Of a stretch of 64,000 bases of DNA, positions 38,353 through 47,534 are shown one piece after another. A program made the translations under genes and the position numbers. How positions within the stretch are numbered: the stretch's first letter is position 1; each line of letters opens with the position of its first letter. Below the pieces are notes generated by a model. The model searched no databases. It had not been told where the DNA came from and saw only the letters and a list, made by a program, of their open reading frames with translations. The DNA lies in IMG/VR virus record IMGVR_UViG_3300010359_000001, positions 2,345 through 66,344 of that record. The stretch is one strand, 5' to 3'. The DNA comes from a virus (Duplodnaviria > Caudoviricetes).

Positions 38353-38676
38353 GTGGCAATGTTAGGTTACATGTCCCCAGTTATGGTGCACGGCCGGATG
38401 CAAGTATTGGAGGGAGAGATCATAGAACTAGCCTTGCTAGAGGCTGGTTACGGAAACCGTGCATTGCCGTTGTTGGTACACGAACGGATTGCCAACCTAG
38501 CTAATGAACTAGCTGAGTTACGCAAAGTTCATGGTGCCATAATAGCCGAAGCTGAAAGGTTGGGTGTAAGCCTCGATCATCTCGAATGCAGCTCGCAGGC
38601 GGTCGGCTGGATGGATCTATCCAAAGGTACTACACGGTGTGGGCGTTGCGGCTGCCCGTGCGCTCCGACTCTATAG
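38353..38676 (+). CDS. Hypothetical protein
   Basis: 107 aa, GGAG RBS, C-terminal CGRCGC. Confidence 0.5.
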   Translation: MAMLGYMSPVMVHGRMQVLEGEIIELALLEAGYGNRALPLLVHERIANLANELAELRKVHGAIIAEAERLGVSLDHLECSSQAVGWMDLSKGTTRCGRCGCPCAPTL

Positions 38677-38683
38677 GAGGTAG

Positions 38684-39334
38684 GTGGCAGCGATGCAACC
38701 GATCACCATTAAGCTGGAAGACCCTAATGCCGCCAGTACTCCACAGGTAAGACACGGGCAACGCAATAATGCGCCTATGCCGTGGAAGCTGTTCTGGACA
38801 ATGTTTGGTGCATCGCTATCCATTGCTGGAGCAGTAATTCCCACCATGCTAGATGTAGTGTGGTGGAAGTCTGCTGGAGTAGTTGCAATTGTCAGCATTA
38901 TACTACTGTGCATTACCGGTTTCGTGGTTCGCACGGCCGATATGTTCAGTCTATTGCGTAGTAAGCAGCAGGATCGGATTACCCATTTCTGCATGCTGGC
39001 AATAAGCGCGTACACGGTGTGGACGCAAGTATATCTCATGCGTTCCGAGTGGTGGCCGTGGATGCTGACCGTATTGGTGGTACTCGGGATCGGTATCTAT
39101 TGGGGGTGCAAGGGAGTAGAGTATTGGATCAGCCATAGCAAGCCGATAGAAACTGAGGTAAAGGCAGCAGTCGATCCTATTGAGAACAGTGCAATGGTTG
39201 GCAAATTCCGACCAGTACTGAATAAGGCTGGATTCTCTCAGGTCAGGATCATTGGACATGAGACCGTGCGCGATGACCGGAGTCAGACAGCTGCTAATCA
39301 ATTCTTAGTGCAGGTACCCGCTAGCGGAAGGTAA
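38684..39334 (+). CDS. Membrane protein; probable N-terminal half of a TraB/FtsK-like translocase
   Basis: Four TM helices, then a soluble segment ending FLVQVPASGR that resembles the start of an FtsK alpha domain. Confidence 0.6.
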   Translation: MAAMQPITIKLEDPNAASTPQVRHGQRNNAPMPWKLFWTMFGASLSIAGAVIPTMLDVVWWKSAGVVAIVSIILLCITGFVVRTADMFSLLRSKQQDRITHFCMLAISAYTVWTQVYLMRSEWWPWMLTVLVVLGIGIYWGCKGVEYWISHSKPIETEVKAAVDPIENSAMVGKFRPVLNKAGFSQVRIIGHETVRDDRSQTAANQFLVQVPASGR

Positions 39335-39340
39335 GTTGCT

Positions 39341-39613
39341 ATGCCAAAACGTGTAGAGCAGTACGATGGATACACGATTTACACGCCTGGTACAGATTGT
39401 GATTGTGACGAGTGCCTGAGTTACGCACCGTCGGATGTATATGATCCACATACTCCAGATTGGGAGCCGATTGGCTCCCACCCTGGTATTTATGAGTGCA
39501 GTTGTGGTAATACGTTTGACGAATCATTGGACGCTGCTAAATGCGAATACGCTCACTATTTAGAGAGGTACGGGATACATGACACAATGTGTGATTGTGG
39601 GGAATGCCCGTAG
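39341..39613 (+). CDS. Cys-rich acidic microprotein inserted between the two translocase halves
   Basis: CDCDEC, CSCG and CDCGEC motifs, 90 aa. Confidence 0.55.
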   Translation: MPKRVEQYDGYTIYTPGTDCDCDECLSYAPSDVYDPHTPDWEPIGSHPGIYECSCGNTFDESLDAAKCEYAHYLERYGIHDTMCDCGECP

Positions 39614-39746
39614 GTTAAATAGGTAGCAGAAAATGTGGACAGATTCGGAGCAAGGTGTCACTATGTGGCAATGTGAGCATGCCTCTATGAGTACAACATA
39701 AAGCAGGGTGGATTGCCTTAGACATAGGTTGAGTGGGTGACGGGTA

Positions 39747-41303
39747 ATGGCTAAGTTCAGTTTTCCCACTGGCGACGCTGCAGAGCAGATTGCGACAGCG
39801 CTGTCAATTCTGAGCGGACAGCCTGTCAGTAAAGATCAGGTAGTCGTCGAGCCTACGGACGATGCTGGACGGTACCTCATCACTGTTTATGAGACTGCAG
39901 CAATTGCTGCCAAAGTTATTAAGTACATGGATGAGTATGGGTCAATCCCTACCACTATGGGCGAACTTTGCCCGGTAGGACACCGTACGAACCATAAACT
40001 ATGCAAGATGGATCTACGGCAGCACGGTCAGATTATTGGTGGGACTACCAGTGGTAAATCGTCGTTGATTCACATCATGCTGGCGCATGCTACACGGTGC
40101 ACTGATTGTTTTATTTGGATCGGTGGAGTGTGGAAGCTGTACGATTTCGTGATGGCATACGTTGAGCGCTACATCAATGTGTGTCACGATTGTGGAGTGA
40201 AGCATCTACCCCCCATCGATTGGATTGCACACGGGCAGCAAGATGTTTGCAACATGATGGCTGCATTCATGCAGATTGCTAAATATCGAATGAATCTTCG
40301 TAACAATCAGCGTGGTGGACTGCCTTGTGGAATTCTGGTACTCGATGAGGTTACATTCATCACAGATGATAAGTTCACCAAAGGGTACGTCAATGGCAAG
40401 CCAATGAATGCCAGCGACATGATAGCAGGCATCGCTAGGGGAACAGCGAGTGCAAAGCTTTACGAATGGCTGGCAACTCAGCACGATACGATGACGAATT
40501 TCGGCGACCAGGGTGCGACTACAATTTCGCAGATGATGTTCAGCTTTGTATTCGCTATTCGCAGCCAGGGTTCCGTTGGTCGGGTGTTGGACGATTATTC
40601 TCTACCCACTCCGCGTAAGCGTGGTGAGTGCTGGGCGGATCTGGGACTAGATAATCCGATTTTCAAGCTGCGTATTCCATATCCTCAAACTCCCGATATC
40701 GGTAAGCCGGTATTGCACGATGGCCCGAAACTAGACGAGATCATGTGGAATCGTCGACACATTCCACACGTAATGGACCCTGGTAGTGCTAATGCGGCAG
40801 GCGAGCACTATGCTAACCGGTTCAGAATGGTTGATGATGAATACATTGATTATCTGACTCGGGATGATGATGCACAAGGTATCGAGGATGGAATTAATCG
40901 GGCGACTGCTGGTGGCGTTCCATTGAATGGTGGCTACCTACCGGATCTGAGCATTGCCGAGGAACAGGAAGCGGAGCGAGAATTCTACAGACTGGTAAAT
41001 AGCAAGGCGTCGCAGAATGGCAATGGACTTCGCGAGGAATGGGAGAAGGGCAAAACCGATGAACGAGTCTCCTCTGTTCCCGTGCAGTATAAGAACAGAG
41101 CGGACAGAGTAATGGCTATTATTTTTACCAACGACATTGACGGGGGATCTCCAATGGGAAGGGGTGAAATAATCGACAAACTAGTTGGAATGGGAGACGA
41201 CGTAAAGAACCCTAGAGTCGTGAGTAATCTGCTCAACGATCTAGTGAATGCAGACCCGCCCAGGTTGGTGCGGACTGAGGATGACAAATACTACAGTCTG
41301 TGA
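39747..41303 (+). CDS. FtsK/SpoIIIE-family (TraB-like) DNA translocase ATPase
   Basis: HGQIIGGTTSGKS (Walker A), ILVLDEV (Walker B), ARG..SA..Y..LATQ and a C-terminal winged-helix-like segment (LNDLVNADPPRLVRTEDDKY). Confidence 0.8.
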   Translation: MAKFSFPTGDAAEQIATALSILSGQPVSKDQVVVEPTDDAGRYLITVYETAAIAAKVIKYMDEYGSIPTTMGELCPVGHRTNHKLCKMDLRQHGQIIGGTTSGKSSLIHIMLAHATRCTDCFIWIGGVWKLYDFVMAYVERYINVCHDCGVKHLPPIDWIAHGQQDVCNMMAAFMQIAKYRMNLRNNQRGGLPCGILVLDEVTFITDDKFTKGYVNGKPMNASDMIAGIARGTASAKLYEWLATQHDTMTNFGDQGATTISQMMFSFVFAIRSQGSVGRVLDDYSLPTPRKRGECWADLGLDNPIFKLRIPYPQTPDIGKPVLHDGPKLDEIMWNRRHIPHVMDPGSANAAGEHYANRFRMVDDEYIDYLTRDDDAQGIEDGINRATAGGVPLNGGYLPDLSIAEEQEAEREFYRLVNSKASQNGNGLREEWEKGKTDERVSSVPVQYKNRADRVMAIIFTNDIDGGSPMGRGEIIDKLVGMGDDVKNPRVVSNLLNDLVNADPPRLVRTEDDKYYSL

Positions 41304-41313
41304 TATTCGATCA

Positions 41314-41428
41314 GGTCATGTTCATGTGGTCACGTGACCAGGGACAGGGGGGTCATGTGACCAGAGGCCCGGCACGCAGGGAGTACCGGGGGGAGTGCAG
41401 GTCACGTGACCAGGTGACCGTGACCTGA
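41314..41428. repeat. Cluster of GGTCAYGTGACC palindromes and GTGACC repeats (clt-like)
   Basis: Palindromes at 41328, 41351 and 41400; five GTGACC copies in about 100 bp just after the ATPase stop. Confidence 0.75.
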
Positions 41429-41432
41429 TCGT

Positions 41433-42074
41433 TTGTCTGGACGATCGCGGAGAGGAACGAGGGTAATGGGAGAGATCGAGATCGAGGATGGGAGCGCTGT
41501 ACGCCTGCTGGCCGCGTGGGATGCCGAGATTGAGAGTATGAATCTTGCACTCGGTCGGCTGCGCATGGCGCTGGAGACTTCGGGTAATGATACTGAATTG
41601 CACGAGGACAATCAGGCAGAGGCCAATGCAGTTGGCTACCGATGGCGTGCATACCGCGAGGCCCGTCCAGAGCTGGCGCGACTGTACCGCGAGTACAGCC
41701 ACTCGATGGCCATCGAGCTGAGGCAGCGCAAGGCATCTGTACGCAGTGCTGATAGGGCAACCGGCCTGGCGGTGTGGTGCGGAATTCTCGGGACCGTGCT
41801 GGTACTGGCTGGACTCGGCATGCACCTGTGGTGGTGGGTCGTACTGGCGGGGATTTTGCTGTGGGTCGGGTGCGGAGTGGCCGTCATGATTTCTCTCAGT
41901 GCTGGCCGGTCAGCTCCGGATGCCGGGAGAGCTATGCACTTGACAGTGCGTATCGACACGATCGAGCGTGCCTGTGAGGGTTGCTGGACGCTGGAAGGCC
42001 TCGATGCCGTGCGGCGGCTGATCGGGCCTCAGCAGGCAGCTACCGGCACGGAGCTGGTACGCCCAACACGCTGA
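41433..42074 (+). CDS. Coiled-coil membrane protein (Spd-like candidate)
   Basis: Helical N-terminus and two TM helices; last gene of the transfer-like operon. Confidence 0.55.
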   Translation: MSGRSRRGTRVMGEIEIEDGSAVRLLAAWDAEIESMNLALGRLRMALETSGNDTELHEDNQAEANAVGYRWRAYREARPELARLYREYSHSMAIELRQRKASVRSADRATGLAVWCGILGTVLVLAGLGMHLWWWVVLAGILLWVGCGVAVMISLSAGRSAPDAGRAMHLTVRIDTIERACEGCWTLEGLDAVRRLIGPQQAATGTELVRPTR

Positions 42075-42611
42075 CACTCTAACCACGCACGTACGCGCAC
42101 GCGGACGCACGCACGCGAGGGCAGGACGGCTAACCATCGCTGACCTGCGAAAATCTCGTAGCGTGCGTCCGTTCGTGTGAACTGAGGCACAAACATTGCC
42201 AGACCGTTTGACAGTACTGCGGTGCCGCTGTAGTGTCGGAGACACAACATAAAAGAGACGGACACCGGGGAGCTACCTCAAACCTCTGGGAATCTCCCGA
42301 AATTCTCCCCGATCTGGCTGTAACGTCTCGCAGAACTCGCCCGATATACTGGGTGTAAGACAGAAAATTCCACGGATCGCAGGACACGCGGAGCGGAGCG
42401 TCGGGGCTCTTAACCAGGAGTGAACCAGCCGAACGATCTAAGTCACAGGAGTCACCCGGACCCAGCCATCATGGGCAAACACGGGGGTACACCGGTAGCT
42501 AAGGGTTAGACCGAACCGCCGAGTTGGCCGACCGAGATCTTGCTCCGGTCATAAATTAGCACAGGAAACGGATCAGTGCGCTAGGCGGCCAATTTAAACT
42601 CAGGAGTACAA

Positions 42612-42821
42612 ATGAAGTTTACAGCAACCACCCCCGATGGGCACACGTTCGAGCGGTCAAGCAAGACACGGACATACACTCACGCTCGCTGGATTCAATT
42701 TCCGTGGAAAGATTGCCAGTGCATTATCTCCTGGCACCTAAGCGGAGCAGCAGCACAGACCTCCCCATTCCAGTCATCCACGTGGCGTAATCTACCATGG
42801 GGGATCGTCCAGGTTAGTTGA
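42612..42821 (+). CDS. Hypothetical early protein
   Basis: AGGAG RBS; first gene after a long structured leader. Confidence 0.55.
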   Translation: MKFTATTPDGHTFERSSKTRTYTHARWIQFPWKDCQCIISWHLSGAAAQTSPFQSSTWRNLPWGIVQVS

Positions 42822-42942
42822 GTAAACACCCACCTAGCGCTCCGACCTGTTTCCTGTGCTTCGACTTTCGATGTGTCGAGCATGCAACCAACGGCATAAA
42901 TTGGTAACGTGAGGGCAGTACAGCGAACAGCAGGAGGCAGAA

Positions 42943-43185
42943 ATGAAGATAAGGACTGTGGTAGGACTACAAGGTATGACTACCCCACTTGTGTCTGACT
43001 GGACTGACGCCAGCATCTCAGACGTGGAGGCTGGAACTAGCGGGATCGCAGACATAATGACTAGTGGTGGGTCGTGGCAAATGACTATCACTATCGGCGG
43101 GTTCCCTACCGTCGTCAGCGGCACGCATGTCCAATACGCGAAGATAGAATATTGGCCAGTACCGCCTCTTTTATCCGGAAACTAA
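42943..43185 (+). CDS. Hypothetical protein
   Basis: AGGAGG RBS, 80 aa. Confidence 0.55.
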   Translation: MKIRTVVGLQGMTTPLVSDWTDASISDVEAGTSGIADIMTSGGSWQMTITIGGFPTVVSGTHVQYAKIEYWPVPPLLSGN

Positions 43186-43784
43186 TTGATCGCGCAGAAT
43201 AGGCACTGTATGCCACACATCGAAATTCAAATCAAGCCCTAATAGCTCAATGACAGAGCATCTACGCATTTAGAGTCGGGTAGTAAGCCTCTAATAGAAT
43301 GGAGCAACGGCCGTAGTGGTCCCGGTTTGATTCCGGGTTAGGGCACTCAGCTTATAGCTATGAATCTCTATGGAGGAACAATGCTTGACGATGAGAAGTG
43401 CACATGTGACAGCGCACGGTGCCAATACCCAGTGCAGAGTGCATCGCCCATGATGACTGTCCAGTTTGGAGGTGACACCATTCAGATGCGACACTCCGCT
43501 AATTACATCTGTGGTGGCGTCACCGGTCACGCTACACATTGTGACCGTACCGTCTGTAGACGTATCTTGCACAGTAATTGCACATCCAACACAGTGCACT
43601 ACACAATGCCGTGTGCAGTCTGAATAGGCTAGCAACTGTGCACAGAACACATGCTGTGTGCAGTCATGGTTATTCAGCATGGAGCCACGAACCTAATCAC
43701 GGTCACGTACGCAACTAAATACCAATGCAGATACGCAGTGGCAGCCAACGGTAACCGACCACCGATATAAGAGCCGGACATGTA

Positions 43785-43829
43785 AGGGCCTGGTATCCCA
43801 GAGACGGGATAGGGCGTGTGTAGGTGAGA
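43785..43829 (+). repeat. 45-bp direct repeat, copy 1 (partner 48628-48672)
   Basis: AGGGCCTGGTATCCCAGAGACGGGATAGGGCGTGTGTAGGTGAGA is identical in both places. Confidence 0.9.
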
Positions 43830-43963
43830 TACCGGCACCGCAAGCGATTAGTGCCCAGGGAGCGGGAGATATGGTACCCCGCACCACAACTGAATAGCCG
43901 TTACCGGATGGTCGCTGTATCGCCTCATTGAGACCGAGCCCACCATCCGGTAACGGCACGTAT

Positions 43964-44047
43964 GGCAGATATTGTCGCCGAGAAATCGCGTGGACTGGTA
44001 ACTGGCACTCCTGACCGAGTGTGTGGGTTCAATTCCCATATCTGCCG
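43964..44047 (+). ncRNA. Degenerate tRNA-like element
   Basis: Perfect acceptor stem GGCAGAT/ATCTGCC and T-arm GTGGG-TTCAATT-CCCAT, but no canonical D or anticodon arm. Confidence 0.4.
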
Positions 44048-44390
44048 CGTGGGAAGGTCCGGCTGACTCCCGGATAATGTGTCTAGTCAACATAAAAGAG
44101 GCGGTACGGGCCAATGAGCCTCGCCTTCCCCAAATCTTCCGGTCCCATATCTGCCACATTGGTCACAGACGAACGGCTGAGAGTAGACAGTCTCTCGAAT
44201 GGGAAGACGTACGATAACCACGCTGATAGTATCAGGCGTGCAAAGACAGCTACCGTGCAAGGCCTACATGAGACGCTAATCTTGGTGAGTCAATCGGTCG
44301 GCCTCAGCCGTTACCAATTGCAGTACCTGAGGTTAAGCTAATCTCTGCGGCAAGGCTGACCGTTAGACTGCGAACTCGGCGCACTACGGT

Positions 44391-44422
44391 ACAGACCCGG
44401 AAATCTTCCGGGTCTGTTCTTT
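44391..44422 (+). terminator. Intrinsic terminator
   Basis: 12-bp stem ACAGACCCGGAA/TTCCGGGTCTGT plus TCTTT. Confidence 0.65.
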
Positions 44423-44452
44423 GCCTAATGGCACAATGGGAAAGGTGATGAC

Positions 44453-44638
44453 ATGAAACTGGAATACCAGGCAGTACAGAGTGATTCCCGCGTAGATACT
44501 ATCTACGTGGTTACGATTGCCGAGGACATGCCAGTGGCTTGCACTTGTAAGGCATTCCAACACAACGCCATGTCTGGTGGCTATGCGTGTAAGCACATGT
44601 CGAGATTGTGGAACGGTACTACTGCCGTCAATCAGTGA
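44453..44638 (+). CDS. SWIM-type zinc-finger microprotein
   Basis: ACTCKAF...ACKH motif. Confidence 0.6.
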   Translation: MKLEYQAVQSDSRVDTIYVVTIAEDMPVACTCKAFQHNAMSGGYACKHMSRLWNGTTAVNQ

Positions 44639-46017
44639 GGAAGGCAGCCAGGCAAATAGAGCCTTCCCCATATGAGTTAGGGTTACACAGGAAGTGGGCG
44701 GATATGATGGCTGGAGAAACATCAGTGAGCAGGTGCGGATGTGGAAATCCAAGACTTGCCGATTTCTTTGTAGTGGCCACGGTGGGAAGGCCGATAGCTG
44801 ATGGCACCATGGAGATAGGTTACTCCGATGGGTATGTGTGCGCAGGGTGCATGCCAGCTGACACCAATGATCTGTTGTCAGTTGAGTTGCAGGATGAGGG
44901 ATGGCAGGTCTACAGGGTAATAGTTGGTCCACTTGTGCCAACCTCTTTGCACTGAGACAAGTCCCGTGCCACTGGTCCTACATATGGCCAGTGGCATGGG
45001 CCAGACGAACGGGAGACTTAATACATGTTGTATTCGAGTAACACTACCGGCCACGATGAATACACAGTAAGTATCGAGACATTCGGTCCTACCACTTCGT
45101 TCTCTATAGACGACAGAGGAAACTGTGTCTCGGCCAGAATCAGCGAGGACGGCATCGATGTACCTATCGACACATCGCTGTTCAGATTACTGGTTATAAC
45201 GTGAAACACATGTCTGGCGGTCCCAATGGGACTGGTCATCTTCCAATCAACTAACAGGCAGGCAGGCAATGGACAAGACATACCAGGTCAGGATTTACTC
45301 GAATAAGGCATATCGAGTATTGAAGGGTTACAACAGTCTCGGAGCTGCATTCGACCGATTCACAGCCGAGAAGAGAAACAATGGCGATGGCCGTTACCGA
45401 TTGACTCGGGGACGGACAGTTCTACGCACTCTGTGAGGCATGTGTCATGACTGACTTAGCGTGCGGCTACGACATATATGAGTGCTCAATGGAGATTCTG
45501 CCGACATGGCAGTTCGTATCTGGAGTACTTGTATACATTCTACTGTGCATAGCTCTCGTTGTCTTGCTTAGCAAGAACATCGACGGCAAATAATGCAGTA
45601 GGCGTTTGCGTGGTCGAGTAGGCTACCGGTTCCGTACGGAAATTGCTGCCGTATGGTTCCGTGGTTACTCGAATGGATGGTAATCAATACGATGACTGCG
45701 GAGGTGTATTTCAGTGGCTAAGTACCGTGTTTGCATGAAAATGACTGTGTGGGCATACGTCGACGTGGAAGCATCTAGTCCTGATGAAGCATTGGAAATC
45801 TCTTATGACTCTCCCGATGCACCTGGGAGTATGGGACACGATGCCTTCTACCCAGCTAGTGTCGATGGGGGCGAATGGGAAGCATGCGAAGTTGTGGATG
45901 CGAACGGGAGCGTTGTGCTGGAAGTCTGAATAGGTCAGCAACCGTACATGGACAACGGCACCGTGTATGGTTATGGCAATTCAGCCAATCAGTAAATAGG
46001 ATCTCGCTAGAGGGAGA

Positions 46018-46989
46018 GTGGTCATCATGACCAATGCTCAGCCACTCGTCAGGGATCGGGTTGACGCAATGCGGACACTCGGTACGGATGTGAGCGGTAC
46101 TGACAAGGCATTCGATGCACTAGCCGACGCCGGTCTGGCAGGCTGGAAGGTTGATAAGCAACAGCTGCATTTCCCGGACGGAAAACCGAACAGCGGTGTT
46201 TACGGCCTCCGTAGAGGCAATGGCATGCCGCTCCACGGTATATCGGTGGGTAGTCGCTACCAGGTAATTCAGTATGAGCAGAATGCGGCTCTACTGGATG
46301 CCGTGCGGCAGGAGACCGATGGGGAATTCGATCGCGCTGGATCACTGCACGGTGGTACTCGCGCGTTTATTTCCATTGCTCTGGCCGATCCGGTAATACT
46401 CGGTGGCGGTGATCCGGTGCGTGGCTATATCGTCGCGTTCATGGGTCATGGCAATGTTGCGAACCGGTTCGCTCCGACTGCGGTACGTGTGTTTTGTGAG
46501 AACCAGGAATCGCACATCACTCGTGGAAACAAACACACCGTTACCATTCGGCACACCACTAAAGCCGAGGAACGGATGAAGATTGCCAGGCGCACTCTTA
46601 TTGAGAGCGTGGCAGCATTCCGTGAGCTGGCCGAAGAGGCCCAGAGGATGGCTAGTAAGCAGCTGACAGACGCGACATTTCAGGGCATCGTCGACCGACT
46701 GTACCCGAAGACGAAAGACAGCGGTCGGGCTGCAACGGAATATGATAACCGGATGCGTACCATGCGCTACCTGTTCAACGATTCGCCGACGAACGAAAAC
46801 ATCGCCGGTACCGTCTGGGGAGGTTTGCAGGCTGTTTACGAGTACATCGAATACCACTCGCGGGTACGTGGTGGCGATGGAACGGACCCTAATTACCTCC
46901 GGGCCGAGCGGTCACTGATCGGAGTATCTACTTCAACGGACCGTGACAGGGCATACTCAGCATTTACCGAGCTGCTGACTGCCGCGTGA
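46018..46989 (+). CDS. DUF932-family phage/plasmid protein
   Basis: SRYQVIQ, AGSLHGGTR.F, RVFCEN, IRHT and GTVWG motifs. Confidence 0.8.
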   Translation: MVIMTNAQPLVRDRVDAMRTLGTDVSGTDKAFDALADAGLAGWKVDKQQLHFPDGKPNSGVYGLRRGNGMPLHGISVGSRYQVIQYEQNAALLDAVRQETDGEFDRAGSLHGGTRAFISIALADPVILGGGDPVRGYIVAFMGHGNVANRFAPTAVRVFCENQESHITRGNKHTVTIRHTTKAEERMKIARRTLIESVAAFRELAEEAQRMASKQLTDATFQGIVDRLYPKTKDSGRAATEYDNRMRTMRYLFNDSPTNENIAGTVWGGLQAVYEYIEYHSRVRGGDGTDPNYLRAERSLIGVSTSTDRDRAYSAFTELLTAA

Positions 46990-47190
46990 CAAGCCACAGT
47001 GGAGGAGGTGATTAACGTGACATCTTGCAACATGTGTGGATCGATGTTCAGTGGTAAGGGCAATATCTGTTCAGCTTGCATCGCCGACCTGATCGGCAAG
47101 TGAGCACGCGATGGCGCGCTAACAATAGCCAGTGAGGCACAATATCGGGTTTTGAGATAATCATGTAATACCCGACGCGCCATCCCATAC

Positions 47191-47264
47191 GCCCCCTTAG
47201 CTCAGTTGGATAGAGCAACCGACTTTTAATCGGTGGGTCATAGGTTCGAGTCCTATAGGGGACA
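47191..47264 (+). tRNA. tRNA-Lys (anticodon UUU)
   Basis: Full cloverleaf: GCTC-AGTTGGATA-GAGC, ACCGA-CTTTTAA-TCGGT, ATAGG-TTCGAGT-CCTAT; one acceptor-stem mismatch; no encoded CCA. Confidence 0.92.
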
Positions 47265-47297
47265 ATTTGACAGAACAAACAGACGGGAGAGTTTGTC

Positions 47298-47534
47298 ATG
47301 GCTAGCAAAGAAGTAATTCTGTACGCAGCAGCCGAGCTAGAGGAATTAGCCGCCATTGCCAAACAGATAGTACTCGATATGAGGGAAGACGCACAGAGGG
47401 CCGCCACACATGAGAACGCTTACGCTAGAGTCTATTGGTTCCGTGCCAGGTTGACTACACATGTAGTGAGCCGTCTAGGTAATGGACAGCCTAGTGGTAA
47501 AGCACAGATGGACAGGACATACCTAGGCATATAG
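47298..47534 (+). CDS. Hypothetical protein
   Basis: 78 aa with GGGAG RBS, after the tRNA. Confidence 0.5.
   Translation: MASKEVILYAAAELEELAAIAKQIVLDMREDAQRAATHENAYARVYWFRARLTTHVVSRLGNGQPSGKAQMDRTYLGI

Noticed and set aside
39329-39760. The insert in the translocase gene has spliceosomal-like ends (AG|GTAAGT ... TTCAG|T) and removing it would restore the frame
   Set aside because: A bacteriophage has no spliceosome and the branch-point-like CTAAG is too close to the acceptor. Treated as coincidence; the split itself is reported.
41314-41428. GTGACC repeats as a CRISPR array
   Set aside because: The repeats are 6-12 bp with irregular spacing and no spacer periodicity.
42470-42510. GGGCAAAC suggesting a c-di-GMP-I riboswitch (also near 15592)
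   Set aside because: The following GAAA-capped stem and tetraloop receptor are missing.
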